A stretch of DNA of 64,000 bases from Candidatus Omnitrophota bacterium. Its GTDB lineage: Bacteria > Omnitrophota > Gorgyraeia > Gygaellales > Profunditerraquicolaceae. A program made the translations under genes and the position numbers. Positions 56,056 to 64,000 of the stretch are shown here, piece by piece. The notes under the pieces are model-generated. The model saw nothing but the letters and a program-made list of their open reading frames with translations. It had not been told where the DNA came from and ran no database searches. Positions within the stretch are counted from its first letter, which is position 1. Every line of letters begins with the position of its first letter. Location: NCBI GenBank assembly GCA_041651035.1, contig JBAZKC010000002.1, positions 30,884 through 94,883 of the forward strand. The letters are read 5' to 3'.

Positions 56056-57064
56056 AGATAAACTTTACGATATTGTAGTCTATAACCGTTCAATTAAGCG
56101 GATGGTGGTCGCCTTTTTTAAAACGCCGATTATCGTGAATAACCCGGCATACAATTTCATTTATGGGCGCTTATTAAAAAAAAAGATGGAGTTATTCAAT
56201 GATATCCCTTTCAGGGTAATGATTGAAAATACGAATAATTGCAATGCAAATTGCGTATTCTGTCCTCATAAAAATATGAAGCGTGAATCCGGCACGATGG
56301 AACTTGCTTTGACACGAAGAATCATAGATGAATGCGCTAATTTCGGGATTACATATTTGACTATTTATGGTTTCGGAGAGCCGCTCCTAGATAAATATTT
56401 TTTTGAGAGGGTAAGATATGCAAAATCAAAGAAGATAGATAGAGTAACCACAAATACAAATGCCATGTATCTGAACAAAAATATCGCTAAAGAGTTTATT
56501 GATTCGGGCATTGACGAAGTATACATAAGTTTTGACGCAGCTACGGCAGATACATTTAAAATGATCAGGCCCAACCTTAATTTTGATACAGTAAAACAAA
56601 ATATACTCGGGTTGATAGAAGAGAAGAAGCGGAGAAAAATCTCCAAACTAAAAGTTTTCTTGAGTTTTGTAGAAGGCAATCATAATATGCATGAAAGAGA
56701 TGCATATATTAAAGAATGGAAGAATAAGGTGGATGGTGTGTCGGTATCATTGATTCATAACTGGACGGGAAGTATCAAGAAAATGGACAAAGAATTGAGC
56801 TGTCTCAGGAGAGATCCTTGTAGGTTGCTTTGGACCGATATGGTCGTAAGCTGGAACGGTGATGTACCTTTATGCTGTAATGATTTTGATAACCGGATAA
56901 TCCTTGGTAATGTCACTTGTTCTTCCATCAAAGAGATATGGTCGGGAGAAAAGCTCAAAAAAATACGGCAATCGCACTTGAATAAAGAATTCTCGGCAAT
57001 AGCCGTTTGTAAAGAATGTGAATATAATCTTCATTTCAAATCACCCTGGTGGATATCAAAATGA
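56042..57064 (+). CDS. Radical SAM/SPASM domain protein
   Basis: CNANCVFC radical SAM cluster. C-terminal Cys cluster C..C..CC..C..CKEC typical of SPASM. Confidence 0.8.
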   Translation: MKRIKDKLYDIVVYNRSIKRMVVAFFKTPIIVNNPAYNFIYGRLLKKKMELFNDIPFRVMIENTNNCNANCVFCPHKNMKRESGTMELALTRRIIDECANFGITYLTIYGFGEPLLDKYFFERVRYAKSKKIDRVTTNTNAMYLNKNIAKEFIDSGIDEVYISFDAATADTFKMIRPNLNFDTVKQNILGLIEEKKRRKISKLKVFLSFVEGNHNMHERDAYIKEWKNKVDGVSVSLIHNWTGSIKKMDKELSCLRRDPCRLLWTDMVVSWNGDVPLCCNDFDNRIILGNVTCSSIKEIWSGEKLKKIRQSHLNKEFSAIAVCKECEYNLHFKSPWWISK

Positions 57065-57870
57065 CGCGTATTAACGACATGGAAGAGGATATCGCTATTA
57101 CAAGAGAAAAATGGCAGAATCGATATTTGGATAGTCAATCTGATAAGTATAAGAGATCCTGCGTACCCTCGACGGTTAAAATAAGCAGTGGGTACGCAAG
57201 AAATTTCCTTTTTGACAATAAACCGGAAAGCGGTATCCTGCTTGAGGCTGGATGTGGGACTGCTAGGACATCATTAGATGTATCCTTTTCAGGAGAGTTG
57301 ACTATAATCTGTGTCGATATATCTATGGGGGCATTAGAACAGGCGCGTAAACTTTTCAAGGAAAATAATCCTTCTGCAAAAGTTTATTTCGTTTGTTGCG
57401 ATTTGAGAACGCTCCCTTTTAAGGGTGCTTCCATAGGGCATATATTCAGTGATGGTGCGATTGAGCATTTCCGGGATACCGGGCTTTCGGTTAAAGAATT
57501 CTACCGTGTGCTTAAATCCGGTGGCAGAGTATTTGCTACTGTTCCATGTGTATCGTTTTCCATGTTTACATACGGACAATTACAGGGTAATATACCCGAT
57601 ATATTCTTACTGAGAAATCTATTTGAAGTGATTCATATAAAAATGCTTAGATCCAAATTAATGACCAATGGTTATGAATTATCATTCATCCCTGGTAAAA
57701 TCAGGGGTATTTTTAAAAATGCTGGCTTTAAGTATCCCCGGATTGGCCTTTTCGATACTTTTAACGAGATTAAATTCGTCAGAAACCAGTTTCTAAAACA
57801 AATATTTAGAAGGCTGACAAAGATGCGCATGTTTTGGCCATTGATTTATATTTTTGCGGAGAAACAATGA
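57061..57870 (+). CDS. Class I SAM-dependent methyltransferase
   Basis: LEAGCGTAR motif I; ATG at 57061 overlapping the upstream stop (ATGA). Confidence 0.75.
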   Translation: MTRINDMEEDIAITREKWQNRYLDSQSDKYKRSCVPSTVKISSGYARNFLFDNKPESGILLEAGCGTARTSLDVSFSGELTIICVDISMGALEQARKLFKENNPSAKVYFVCCDLRTLPFKGASIGHIFSDGAIEHFRDTGLSVKEFYRVLKSGGRVFATVPCVSFSMFTYGQLQGNIPDIFLLRNLFEVIHIKMLRSKLMTNGYELSFIPGKIRGIFKNAGFKYPRIGLFDTFNEIKFVRNQFLKQIFRRLTKMRMFWPLIYIFAEKQ

Positions 57871-58919
57871 GCGGATTGAAAGCCCATCTTGAATTAACCA
57901 ATATATGCAACCTCGAATGTTCGTATTGTCCAAAATATGCGATGAAACGCAAATTGGGGTATATGGACAAAAACCTGGCAATCAGACTGATCGACGAACT
58001 GTCCGGCTATGGAAAAAGTTTGGAAAAGGTGTTCTTTCATTTAATGGGGGAACCTCTGATGCATCCAAATTTCATGGAGCTGGTGCATTATGCAGTAGCG
58101 AAGAAGATTCCCCTTTCACTTTATTCGAATGGTAGCCTTTTAAATGTTGATCGCATAAGGGCGTTGCTTAATTCCAATCTAAAGGAATTAATTGTGAGTT
58201 TTCAGACTCCGGCTAAAGATAGTTTTAAGCTTAGGAAAGACTCCTTAGGTTATGATGACTATCTAGAGAACATCAAGAATCTTATTCTGGAAAAGATAAA
58301 ATCAGAATCAGAAACCAGGATTGAATTAAGGATTTTAAACACAGCAAAAAGGAATATTTTTTCTTTGCGTTTCTGGTTTGTGGATAGAAATCTAGATGTT
58401 TTTTCAGATAAGGGAATCCTTAAAAACTTCCTTGCTGACCTTAATCAGAAGTTAAACAAACACTCTTTGCATATAGATATACAAAAAGTCCTGGGAGGGA
58501 TTTCTATGAGAAGCTCGGTGTTTACAGCGGAACTGTTTAAGGGCATATTTGTAGTAGGGACTACGTATTTTTCCTGGTATAATTTCGAAGACGCTAAGGA
58601 TCCGGTTTTCAAGAAAGCCAGGATAGGGAGTTGTGATGGATTCATGAAACAGGTGGGTATACTGTGGGATGGATCGGTAACTTCCTGTTGTGTTGATTAT
58701 AATGGGGATAATGTTATGGGTTCCGTTGTCAATAAGAGCATTAGAGAAGTATTGAGTAGCCAAAAAGTTATTGATTTCATATCTAAGCTTAAGCATTGTC
58801 TGCTGCCTACGCCATATTGCAGAATATGTCGCGGCGCGAGAAAAATAAGGGTGTTACTTATGAAACAATTAGGTTCAATTATTATTTTTAATCTCGCTAG
58901 AATCGGAGAGGGAAAATGA
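57867..58919 (+). CDS. Radical SAM/SPASM domain protein (second copy, divergent)
   Basis: CNLECSYC cluster; C-terminal C..CC..C..CRIC SPASM-like; ATG at 57867 with a ggag RBS. Confidence 0.8.
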   Translation: MSGLKAHLELTNICNLECSYCPKYAMKRKLGYMDKNLAIRLIDELSGYGKSLEKVFFHLMGEPLMHPNFMELVHYAVAKKIPLSLYSNGSLLNVDRIRALLNSNLKELIVSFQTPAKDSFKLRKDSLGYDDYLENIKNLILEKIKSESETRIELRILNTAKRNIFSLRFWFVDRNLDVFSDKGILKNFLADLNQKLNKHSLHIDIQKVLGGISMRSSVFTAELFKGIFVVGTTYFSWYNFEDAKDPVFKKARIGSCDGFMKQVGILWDGSVTSCCVDYNGDNVMGSVVNKSIREVLSSQKVIDFISKLKHCLLPTPYCRICRGARKIRVLLMKQLGSIIIFNLARIGEGK

Positions 58920-59968
58920 AAAGAGCTCTTATAACGGGCATCACGGGGCAGGACGGTTCTTATCTGGCAAAGTTTCTTCTTGAAAAAGGGTATAAGGTTT
59001 ATGGAATTTATCGACGGTTATCTACGCCTAATTTCTGGCGGCTGCAGCATTTAGATATTTTTGACAAAGTAAACCTTATACCAGCTGATTTGATAGATGC
59101 GGCTTCAATCAGTGAAGCTATTAGGATTGCCGATGCTGAAGAAATATATCATCTCGCCGCGCAAAGCTTCGTAGGGACTTCTTTTGAGCAGCCCATAGGT
59201 ACGGGCGAAATTACTGGTCTCGGAGTGACCAGAATTCTCGAGGAAATACGCCAGATTAACCCAAAGATCAAATTTTATCAGGCATCTACTTCAGAATTGT
59301 TCGGCAACGGCCACAAGAAACCACAGAATGAGATCTCGCGGTTTCAACCTTCAAGTCCATATGCAGCTTCAAAACTGTACGGTTACTGGATTACTGAAAT
59401 TTATAGGAAGGGTTATGGTCTATTCGCGGTTAACGGGATACTGTTTAATCACGAGTCACCCTTAAGAGGCCTGGAATTTGTAACCCGGAAAATATCAAAT
59501 GCAGTTGCAAAGATCTCGTTGGGGTTGGCGAAGGAATTAAGAGTTGGGAATATGACTGCCAAAAGAGATTGGGGTTATGCCCCTGAATACGTAGAAAGTA
59601 TGTGGCTTATGCTCCAGCAGAAGAAAGCAGATGATTTTGTAATATCCACGGGTGAAACTCATTCGGTTGAAGAATTTATGTCTGAGGCGTTCAAAATAGT
59701 AAATTTAAAATGGCAGAAATATGTAAAAAAAGATAAGACTCTAATGCGGCCGCTTGATGTAGATCTACTTTGTGGTGATTGTTCCAAGGCAAAAAACATA
59801 CTGCATTGGCAGCCAAAGACTAAATTTAGGGAGTTAGTGAAAATAATGGTGGAAGCTGACCTAAAGAGATGGAAAAGGTTTCTAAAGGGGGAGCATTTTC
59901 CATGGGATGCGGCGATCTATCCCCATGAGTATATGATATTATCAAGACAATATAAACTCGACCAATAA
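58916..59968 (+). CDS. gmd: GDP-mannose 4,6-dehydratase
   Basis: [28 protein letters not shown]..; GMD family signature. Confidence 0.92.
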   Translation: MKRALITGITGQDGSYLAKFLLEKGYKVYGIYRRLSTPNFWRLQHLDIFDKVNLIPADLIDAASISEAIRIADAEEIYHLAAQSFVGTSFEQPIGTGEITGLGVTRILEEIRQINPKIKFYQASTSELFGNGHKKPQNEISRFQPSSPYAASKLYGYWITEIYRKGYGLFAVNGILFNHESPLRGLEFVTRKISNAVAKISLGLAKELRVGNMTAKRDWGYAPEYVESMWLMLQQKKADDFVISTGETHSVEEFMSEAFKIVNLKWQKYVKKDKTLMRPLDVDLLCGDCSKAKNILHWQPKTKFRELVKIMVEADLKRWKRFLKGEHFPWDAAIYPHEYMILSRQYKLDQ

Positions 59969-59987
59969 TACCGCGCTTAAATATTTT

Positions 59988-61214
59988 ATGACGCATTGTA
60001 GAATCTGTAAATCTAGAAATCTATCGAAATTCTTGGATTTGGGTATGATGCCACCCGCAGATGGTTTTCTTAGCAAAGGTGAACTATGCTTGAAAGAAAA
60101 AAGCTATCCCTTGGAGGTATGTATTTGCAAAGATTGTTCCTTAGTTCAACTGGGCTATACAGTTTCTCCCCAGATCCTGTATCAAATGAACTATCCTTAC
60201 GAATCATCCATTACAAAGACAGGAGTAACACATTTTTATTCCTTCGCCAGTCAGATTGTCAGTGACTTTGGGTTATCAAGAAATGATTTGGCGGTAGATA
60301 TAGGATCTAATGTGGGGGTGTTACTTGAAGGTTTTAAGAAATCAGGAATTAAGGTGTTGGGGGTCGAACCGGCGGCAAATATCTGTCAGAAATCGCATCA
60401 AAGGGGGATAGAGGCTATAAATGATTTTTTTAATGCAAAAACAGTCAAGTTAATCATTCGGGAAAAGGGGAAGGCAAAGGTGATAACAGGCACTAATGTC
60501 ATCGCCCATATAGATAACTTGCATTCGCTGGTTAGAAATGTAAAGAATCTGCTCACAGAAAAAGGGATATTTGTTTTTGAGGCCCCCTATTTGGCCGATT
60601 TGATCAATAACCTTGAATATGACACAATCTATCACGAGCATCTTATGTACTTTTCGGTTAAACCCTTAATCACATTATTTGATCAATTTGATATGGAGAT
60701 CTTTGATATAAAAAAACAGCGTATCCATGGGGGTTCTTTAAGATATTTCATTTCTCGGAAATACAATTATCCTGTTTCTGCGGAAGTCAACAAATTTCTG
60801 AAGATTGAAAAAGAACAGAGAATCCACGATATTGCCACATTTAGAAAGTTTTCCAAGAGAGTCAAGAATAACCGTAAAATTCTAGTTACTTTACTTGAAT
60901 CCTTGAAATCTAAGGGTAAGAGAATTGCCGGGGTAGGGGCGCCGGCAAAAGGAATGACTTTGCTTAATTATTGCGGTATAGGTCCCGAAACGCTTGATTT
61001 TGTAACCGAAAAATCAAAGTTAAAAATAAACAAATTCACCCCTGGGCGGCATATACCTATAGTGCCTGATTCACGGTTGATTAAAGCAATGCCTGATTAT
61101 GCCCTTTTACTACCCTGGAATTTTGCGAATGAAATTATGAACAATCTTAAAAATTATACCAAATTAGGCGGTAAATTTATACTTCCCATACCTAGCCCGC
61201 GTATTATCAGCTAG
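59988..61214 (+). CDS. NDP-hexose C-methyltransferase-like (zinc-ribbon N-terminus, class I SAM MTase, C-terminal C-methyltransferase domain)
   Basis: CRICKS..CKDCSLVQL zinc-binding N-terminus, then DIGSNVG motif I; layout of TylCIII-type sugar 3-C-methyltransferases. Confidence 0.7.
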   Translation: MTHCRICKSRNLSKFLDLGMMPPADGFLSKGELCLKEKSYPLEVCICKDCSLVQLGYTVSPQILYQMNYPYESSITKTGVTHFYSFASQIVSDFGLSRNDLAVDIGSNVGVLLEGFKKSGIKVLGVEPAANICQKSHQRGIEAINDFFNAKTVKLIIREKGKAKVITGTNVIAHIDNLHSLVRNVKNLLTEKGIFVFEAPYLADLINNLEYDTIYHEHLMYFSVKPLITLFDQFDMEIFDIKKQRIHGGSLRYFISRKYNYPVSAEVNKFLKIEKEQRIHDIATFRKFSKRVKNNRKILVTLLESLKSKGKRIAGVGAPAKGMTLLNYCGIGPETLDFVTEKSKLKINKFTPGRHIPIVPDSRLIKAMPDYALLLPWNFANEIMNNLKNYTKLGGKFILPIPSPRIIS

Positions 61215-61226
61215 AAAGGCGTCGTC

Positions 61227-61601
61227 ATGAAAATCAAGAAAAAAAAGATATCTTTCCGCGACAAAAGAGGCTGTATCGCAGACATCCTTGGAAAAGAACA
61301 CATTGAGTATATCACTTTAATAACTTCCAAAAAAGGTGCGGTCAGAGGTAATCATTTTCATAGATATTCGGTACAATATAACTTCATTGTTAATGGGAGG
61401 ATGAAACTTTTTAGTCGTATGCCTGGGGAAAAAACCAAAACCGTTGTCTTAAAAAAAGGAGACTTGGCCTTCAACCCGATGAGAGAAGAACATGCTTTAC
61501 TTGCTTTGGAAAACTCGGAATTCTTAGTATTTACAAGAGGGCCGCGAGGCGGGAAAAACTATGAGAACGATACATTCCGTCTGAAAAATAAACTAATCTA
61601 A
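61227..61601 (+). CDS. Cupin-fold sugar isomerase/epimerase-like protein (FdtA/WxcM-like)
   Basis: 124 aa with VRGNHFH (RG.H.H) cupin motif. Confidence 0.5.
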   Translation: MKIKKKKISFRDKRGCIADILGKEHIEYITLITSKKGAVRGNHFHRYSVQYNFIVNGRMKLFSRMPGEKTKTVVLKKGDLAFNPMREEHALLALENSEFLVFTRGPRGGKNYENDTFRLKNKLI

Positions 61602-61607
61602 GAAATT

Positions 61608-62723
61608 ATGAAAATCCCTGTATCAAAACCATTTTTAGGAAAAGGGGAAATACAAAATGTCCTTACTGCGCTAAAGGTAAAGGCAATCTCTGGTTTATAC
61701 GGTGAATACATCAATAAATTCGAGAATGAGTTTGCTAATTATTGCGGATGTAAATACGGTGTATCCACAAATAGCGGAACCACGGCCCTGCATTTAGCTA
61801 TCGCTTCTCTGGGAATAGGTAAAGGGGATGAGGTATTGGTGAGTTCTTTTACAAACATGGCGACATTTTTTGCAGTTCTTTACCAGGGGGCGAAACCAGT
61901 GCCGATAGATATAGAGCCGGATACCTGGAATCTAAACCCGGACCTTTTGGAGAGTAAAATAACGAATAAGACAAAAGCCATCATGGCGGTGCATATCTAT
62001 GGTCATCCGTGCAATATGGGACCGATAATGAAAATTGCAGCTAAGTATGGTTTATTTCTCATCGAGGATTGTGCGGAAGCGCACGGGGCTACCTATCGAG
62101 GACGAAAAGTAGGCTCTTTTGCCGATGTTGCGGCCTTTAGTTTCTATGCCAATAAGATTATCACCACCGGCGAAGGAGGGATGCTTATAACCAATAATAA
62201 GAAGCTTGCAAACAAAATAAGGTCTTTGAAAAGCCTAGCATTCGGCAACAAGCATAGATTTATGCACAAAGACATAGGCTATGGCTATAGGATGACTAAT
62301 ATACAGGCAGCGATAGGGTACGCCCAGTTTAAGAAAATAGAAAAATTGATTAAAATGAAACGAAAGATGGCAGATTATTATACCAAAAACTTTATTGCTA
62401 TTCCTTCTTTGCAGCTACCCATAGAAGAAAAATATGCCAGGAATGTTTACTGGATGTACCACGTAGTGTTAAAGCGGGACTCTGCTCTTTCGCGCAATAA
62501 AATCATGAAAGAACTGTCCGGAAGAGGCATTGAAACTAGGGAATCATTTATTCCGTATAATATGCAGGAAATATTCACTAGAAAAGGATGGACAGCATAC
62601 GGTGATTGTCCAATAGCTAATTTTGTGGCCAAAAATGGGTTTTATCTTCCGAGTTCACCCGATCTCACAGAAAAAGAACAGAATTATGTAATTAAGAATA
62701 TAAAGGAAGTCATAAATGGATAA
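61608..62723 (+). CDS. DegT/DnrJ/EryC1/StrS-family sugar aminotransferase
   Basis: 371 aa, PLP fold type I; FSFYANKIITTGEGG (PLP-lysine region). Confidence 0.88.
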   Translation: MKIPVSKPFLGKGEIQNVLTALKVKAISGLYGEYINKFENEFANYCGCKYGVSTNSGTTALHLAIASLGIGKGDEVLVSSFTNMATFFAVLYQGAKPVPIDIEPDTWNLNPDLLESKITNKTKAIMAVHIYGHPCNMGPIMKIAAKYGLFLIEDCAEAHGATYRGRKVGSFADVAAFSFYANKIITTGEGGMLITNNKKLANKIRSLKSLAFGNKHRFMHKDIGYGYRMTNIQAAIGYAQFKKIEKLIKMKRKMADYYTKNFIAIPSLQLPIEEKYARNVYWMYHVVLKRDSALSRNKIMKELSGRGIETRESFIPYNMQEIFTRKGWTAYGDCPIANFVAKNGFYLPSSPDLTEKEQNYVIKNIKEVING

Positions 62724-63501
62724 AAAAAACAGAGAGGAACTACTGCGCGACAGTAAATTACGAGAACATTTTTTTGCTAATGAAGTAATTGCTTTTTGCA
62801 GGAGAAAAATGGAATTTATACTGCAAAATCTGAAGCCAGGGATAATATTAGATGCGGGCGTCGGTTCAGGCTATATTTCTGCTGAGATTAAGAAATCCAA
62901 TTCTAAGGTATTCTCACTTGATTCCGAATTTGCAGCTATACAGGAATGCCAATTGTTGATGGATCTCAGACAGATAAGGTTTCAATTATTTATTGCCAGA
63001 CTCCCCGATCTGCCATTTAAAGATTCAAATTTTGATTCTATTGTCTGTACCGATGTTATCGAGCATATTCCGGATTTGGAAAAAGCTTTTTATTGCTTTC
63101 ACCGTATTCTGAAACCCGAAGGCAGATTGATACTTTCATTGCCTAATGGTTACGGATTTGATACAATTGCCGGATTATATTCGAAGAGAAATAACTCTGT
63201 AAATAAGCGTCTTAAAGAATTAGGCATCGATATAAACCAAAAATATAGCAAGAGTACATTACGGCATATACATAAATTTACTCCACGTTCGATGAAAAAA
63301 TATCTAGAAAAATCAAGATTTGATATTCTAAAATTTGAGAATACCGCATTTTTGTCCCAGTATATCTCAGCTTTTTTCTCTGGCATCTTAGGTTATGAAA
63401 GAGAATTTTCTTCTAGAATAGAGAATATCGATATCCGTATTGCCAAACACTTGCCGTTATTATTGGGAAGCCATTGGCTGATATCCTGTAAGAAAATATA
63501 A
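62716..63501 (+). CDS. Class I SAM-dependent methyltransferase
   Basis: LDAGVGSGY motif I; acidic motif II DVIEH. Confidence 0.75.
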   Translation: MDKKNREELLRDSKLREHFFANEVIAFCRRKMEFILQNLKPGIILDAGVGSGYISAEIKKSNSKVFSLDSEFAAIQECQLLMDLRQIRFQLFIARLPDLPFKDSNFDSIVCTDVIEHIPDLEKAFYCFHRILKPEGRLILSLPNGYGFDTIAGLYSKRNNSVNKRLKELGIDINQKYSKSTLRHIHKFTPRSMKKYLEKSRFDILKFENTAFLSQYISAFFSGILGYEREFSSRIENIDIRIAKHLPLLLGSHWLISCKKI

Positions 63502-63502
63502 A

Positions 63503-64000
63503 ATGAATAATAATATTTTTGATTCTAAATATGCAAGATATTACGATATAATCTATAAAGATAAAGACTACCCAAAAGAATGCATATACATAGAGAAACT
63601 TTTTAAAAAGTTTATAGGTGGGCATATAGAGATTTTAGATATCGCCTGCGGAACAGGCAATCATTTACTACCATTTATCAATAAAGGATATGCGATCAGC
63701 GGGATAGATTTATCTTCTGCTATGATCGAAGCGGCGAAAAGGAAAATACCGTCAGGCATAAGTTCGAAAATAGATTTACAGGTCGCCAGCATGCAAAACT
63801 TTAGGATGAAAAAAAGATTTGATGTCATAATATTAATGTTTTCCGCGATAAATTATCTTACTGAATATCGTGATTTGAAAAAAACCATAATAAATATCCG
63901 CACTCATCTTAAGCCAGGAGGAGTATTTATTTTCGACTTCTGGAATGGTTTTGCAGTACTTGACCATTATTCTATCAGAAGAGATAAAATAGCGAGAGAA
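63503..64000 (+). CDS. Class I SAM-dependent methyltransferase (3'-truncated by window end)
   Basis: ILDIACGTGNHL motif I; the ORF runs off the window and is not in the track because it has no stop. Confidence 0.65.
   Translation, partial: MNNNIFDSKYARYYDIIYKDKDYPKECIYIEKLFKKFIGGHIEILDIACGTGNHLLPFINKGYAISGIDLSSAMIEAAKRKIPSGISSKIDLQVASMQNFRMKKRFDVIILMFSAINYLTEYRDLKKTIINIRTHLKPGGVFIFDFWNGFAVLDHYSIRRDKIARE

Noticed and set aside
57905-58135. 76-aa + strand ORF inside the second SPASM gene, considered as a possible RiPP precursor
   Set aside because: Out-of-frame overlap within the radical SAM CDS, no RBS, composition typical of frame noise
1-64000. CRISPR array, rRNA, IS elements or integrase
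   Set aside because: The repeats found are palindromic hairpin elements with irregular spacing and no uniform repeat-spacer architecture. There are no transposase or integrase ORFs and no rRNA-like segments. The excisionase-type HTH at 13320 sits inside the pilus operon with no att-like repeats or integrase nearby

Overview
This 64 kb window looks like a bacterial chromosome with a low-to-moderate GC content. Every convincing gene is on the + strand, about 85 CDS plus one tRNA-Ala(CGC), and I found no rRNA, CRISPR array or transposase. The features run in this order. (1) Housekeeping genes: a DapL-like aminotransferase, folK, panC, a NadX-like aspartate dehydrogenase, a B12-binding radical SAM and uvrA. 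(2) A TPR-ExbB/TolQ-ExbD module. (3) A complete type IV pilus locus: PilX-like, an excisionase-type HTH, a pilM-pilN fusion, pilO, pilP, the pilQ secretin, the pilB ATPase, pilC, four tandem major-pilin-like genes and two minor pilins. (4) tRNA-Ala followed by an AmmeMemoRadiSam locus with a fused Memo-AMMECR1 protein. (5) rsmE and mtaB. (6) Three tandem secreted Cys-rich paralogs of unknown function, plus a pilin fragment and a GspG-like pseudopilin. (7) A DUF2344-RNase G pair, then rplU-obg-proB-proA-nadD-rpe-pgm-plsC-rpsA-tyrS. (8) A roughly 20 kb glycan biosynthesis locus: a flippase, GT2 and GT4 glycosyltransferases, a B12 radical SAM, the dTDP-rhamnose genes rfbABD, an epimerase, gmd, a sugar C-methyltransferase, a cupin, a DegT aminotransferase, two radical SAM/SPASM enzymes, several SAM methyltransferases, a papain-like peptidase and a SemiSWEET. 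The most unusual thing I could see is a family of short palindromic repeat elements that begin with GGGAC and end with GTCCC, present in at least 15 copies. They sit in intergenic spacers and overlap gene 3' ends, where they supply the last codons and the stop. They also appear as in-frame insertions inside mtaB, rfbB, a GT2 and a B12 radical SAM, which recalls Rickettsia palindromic elements. All calls are from reading the sequence; no database search was possible.
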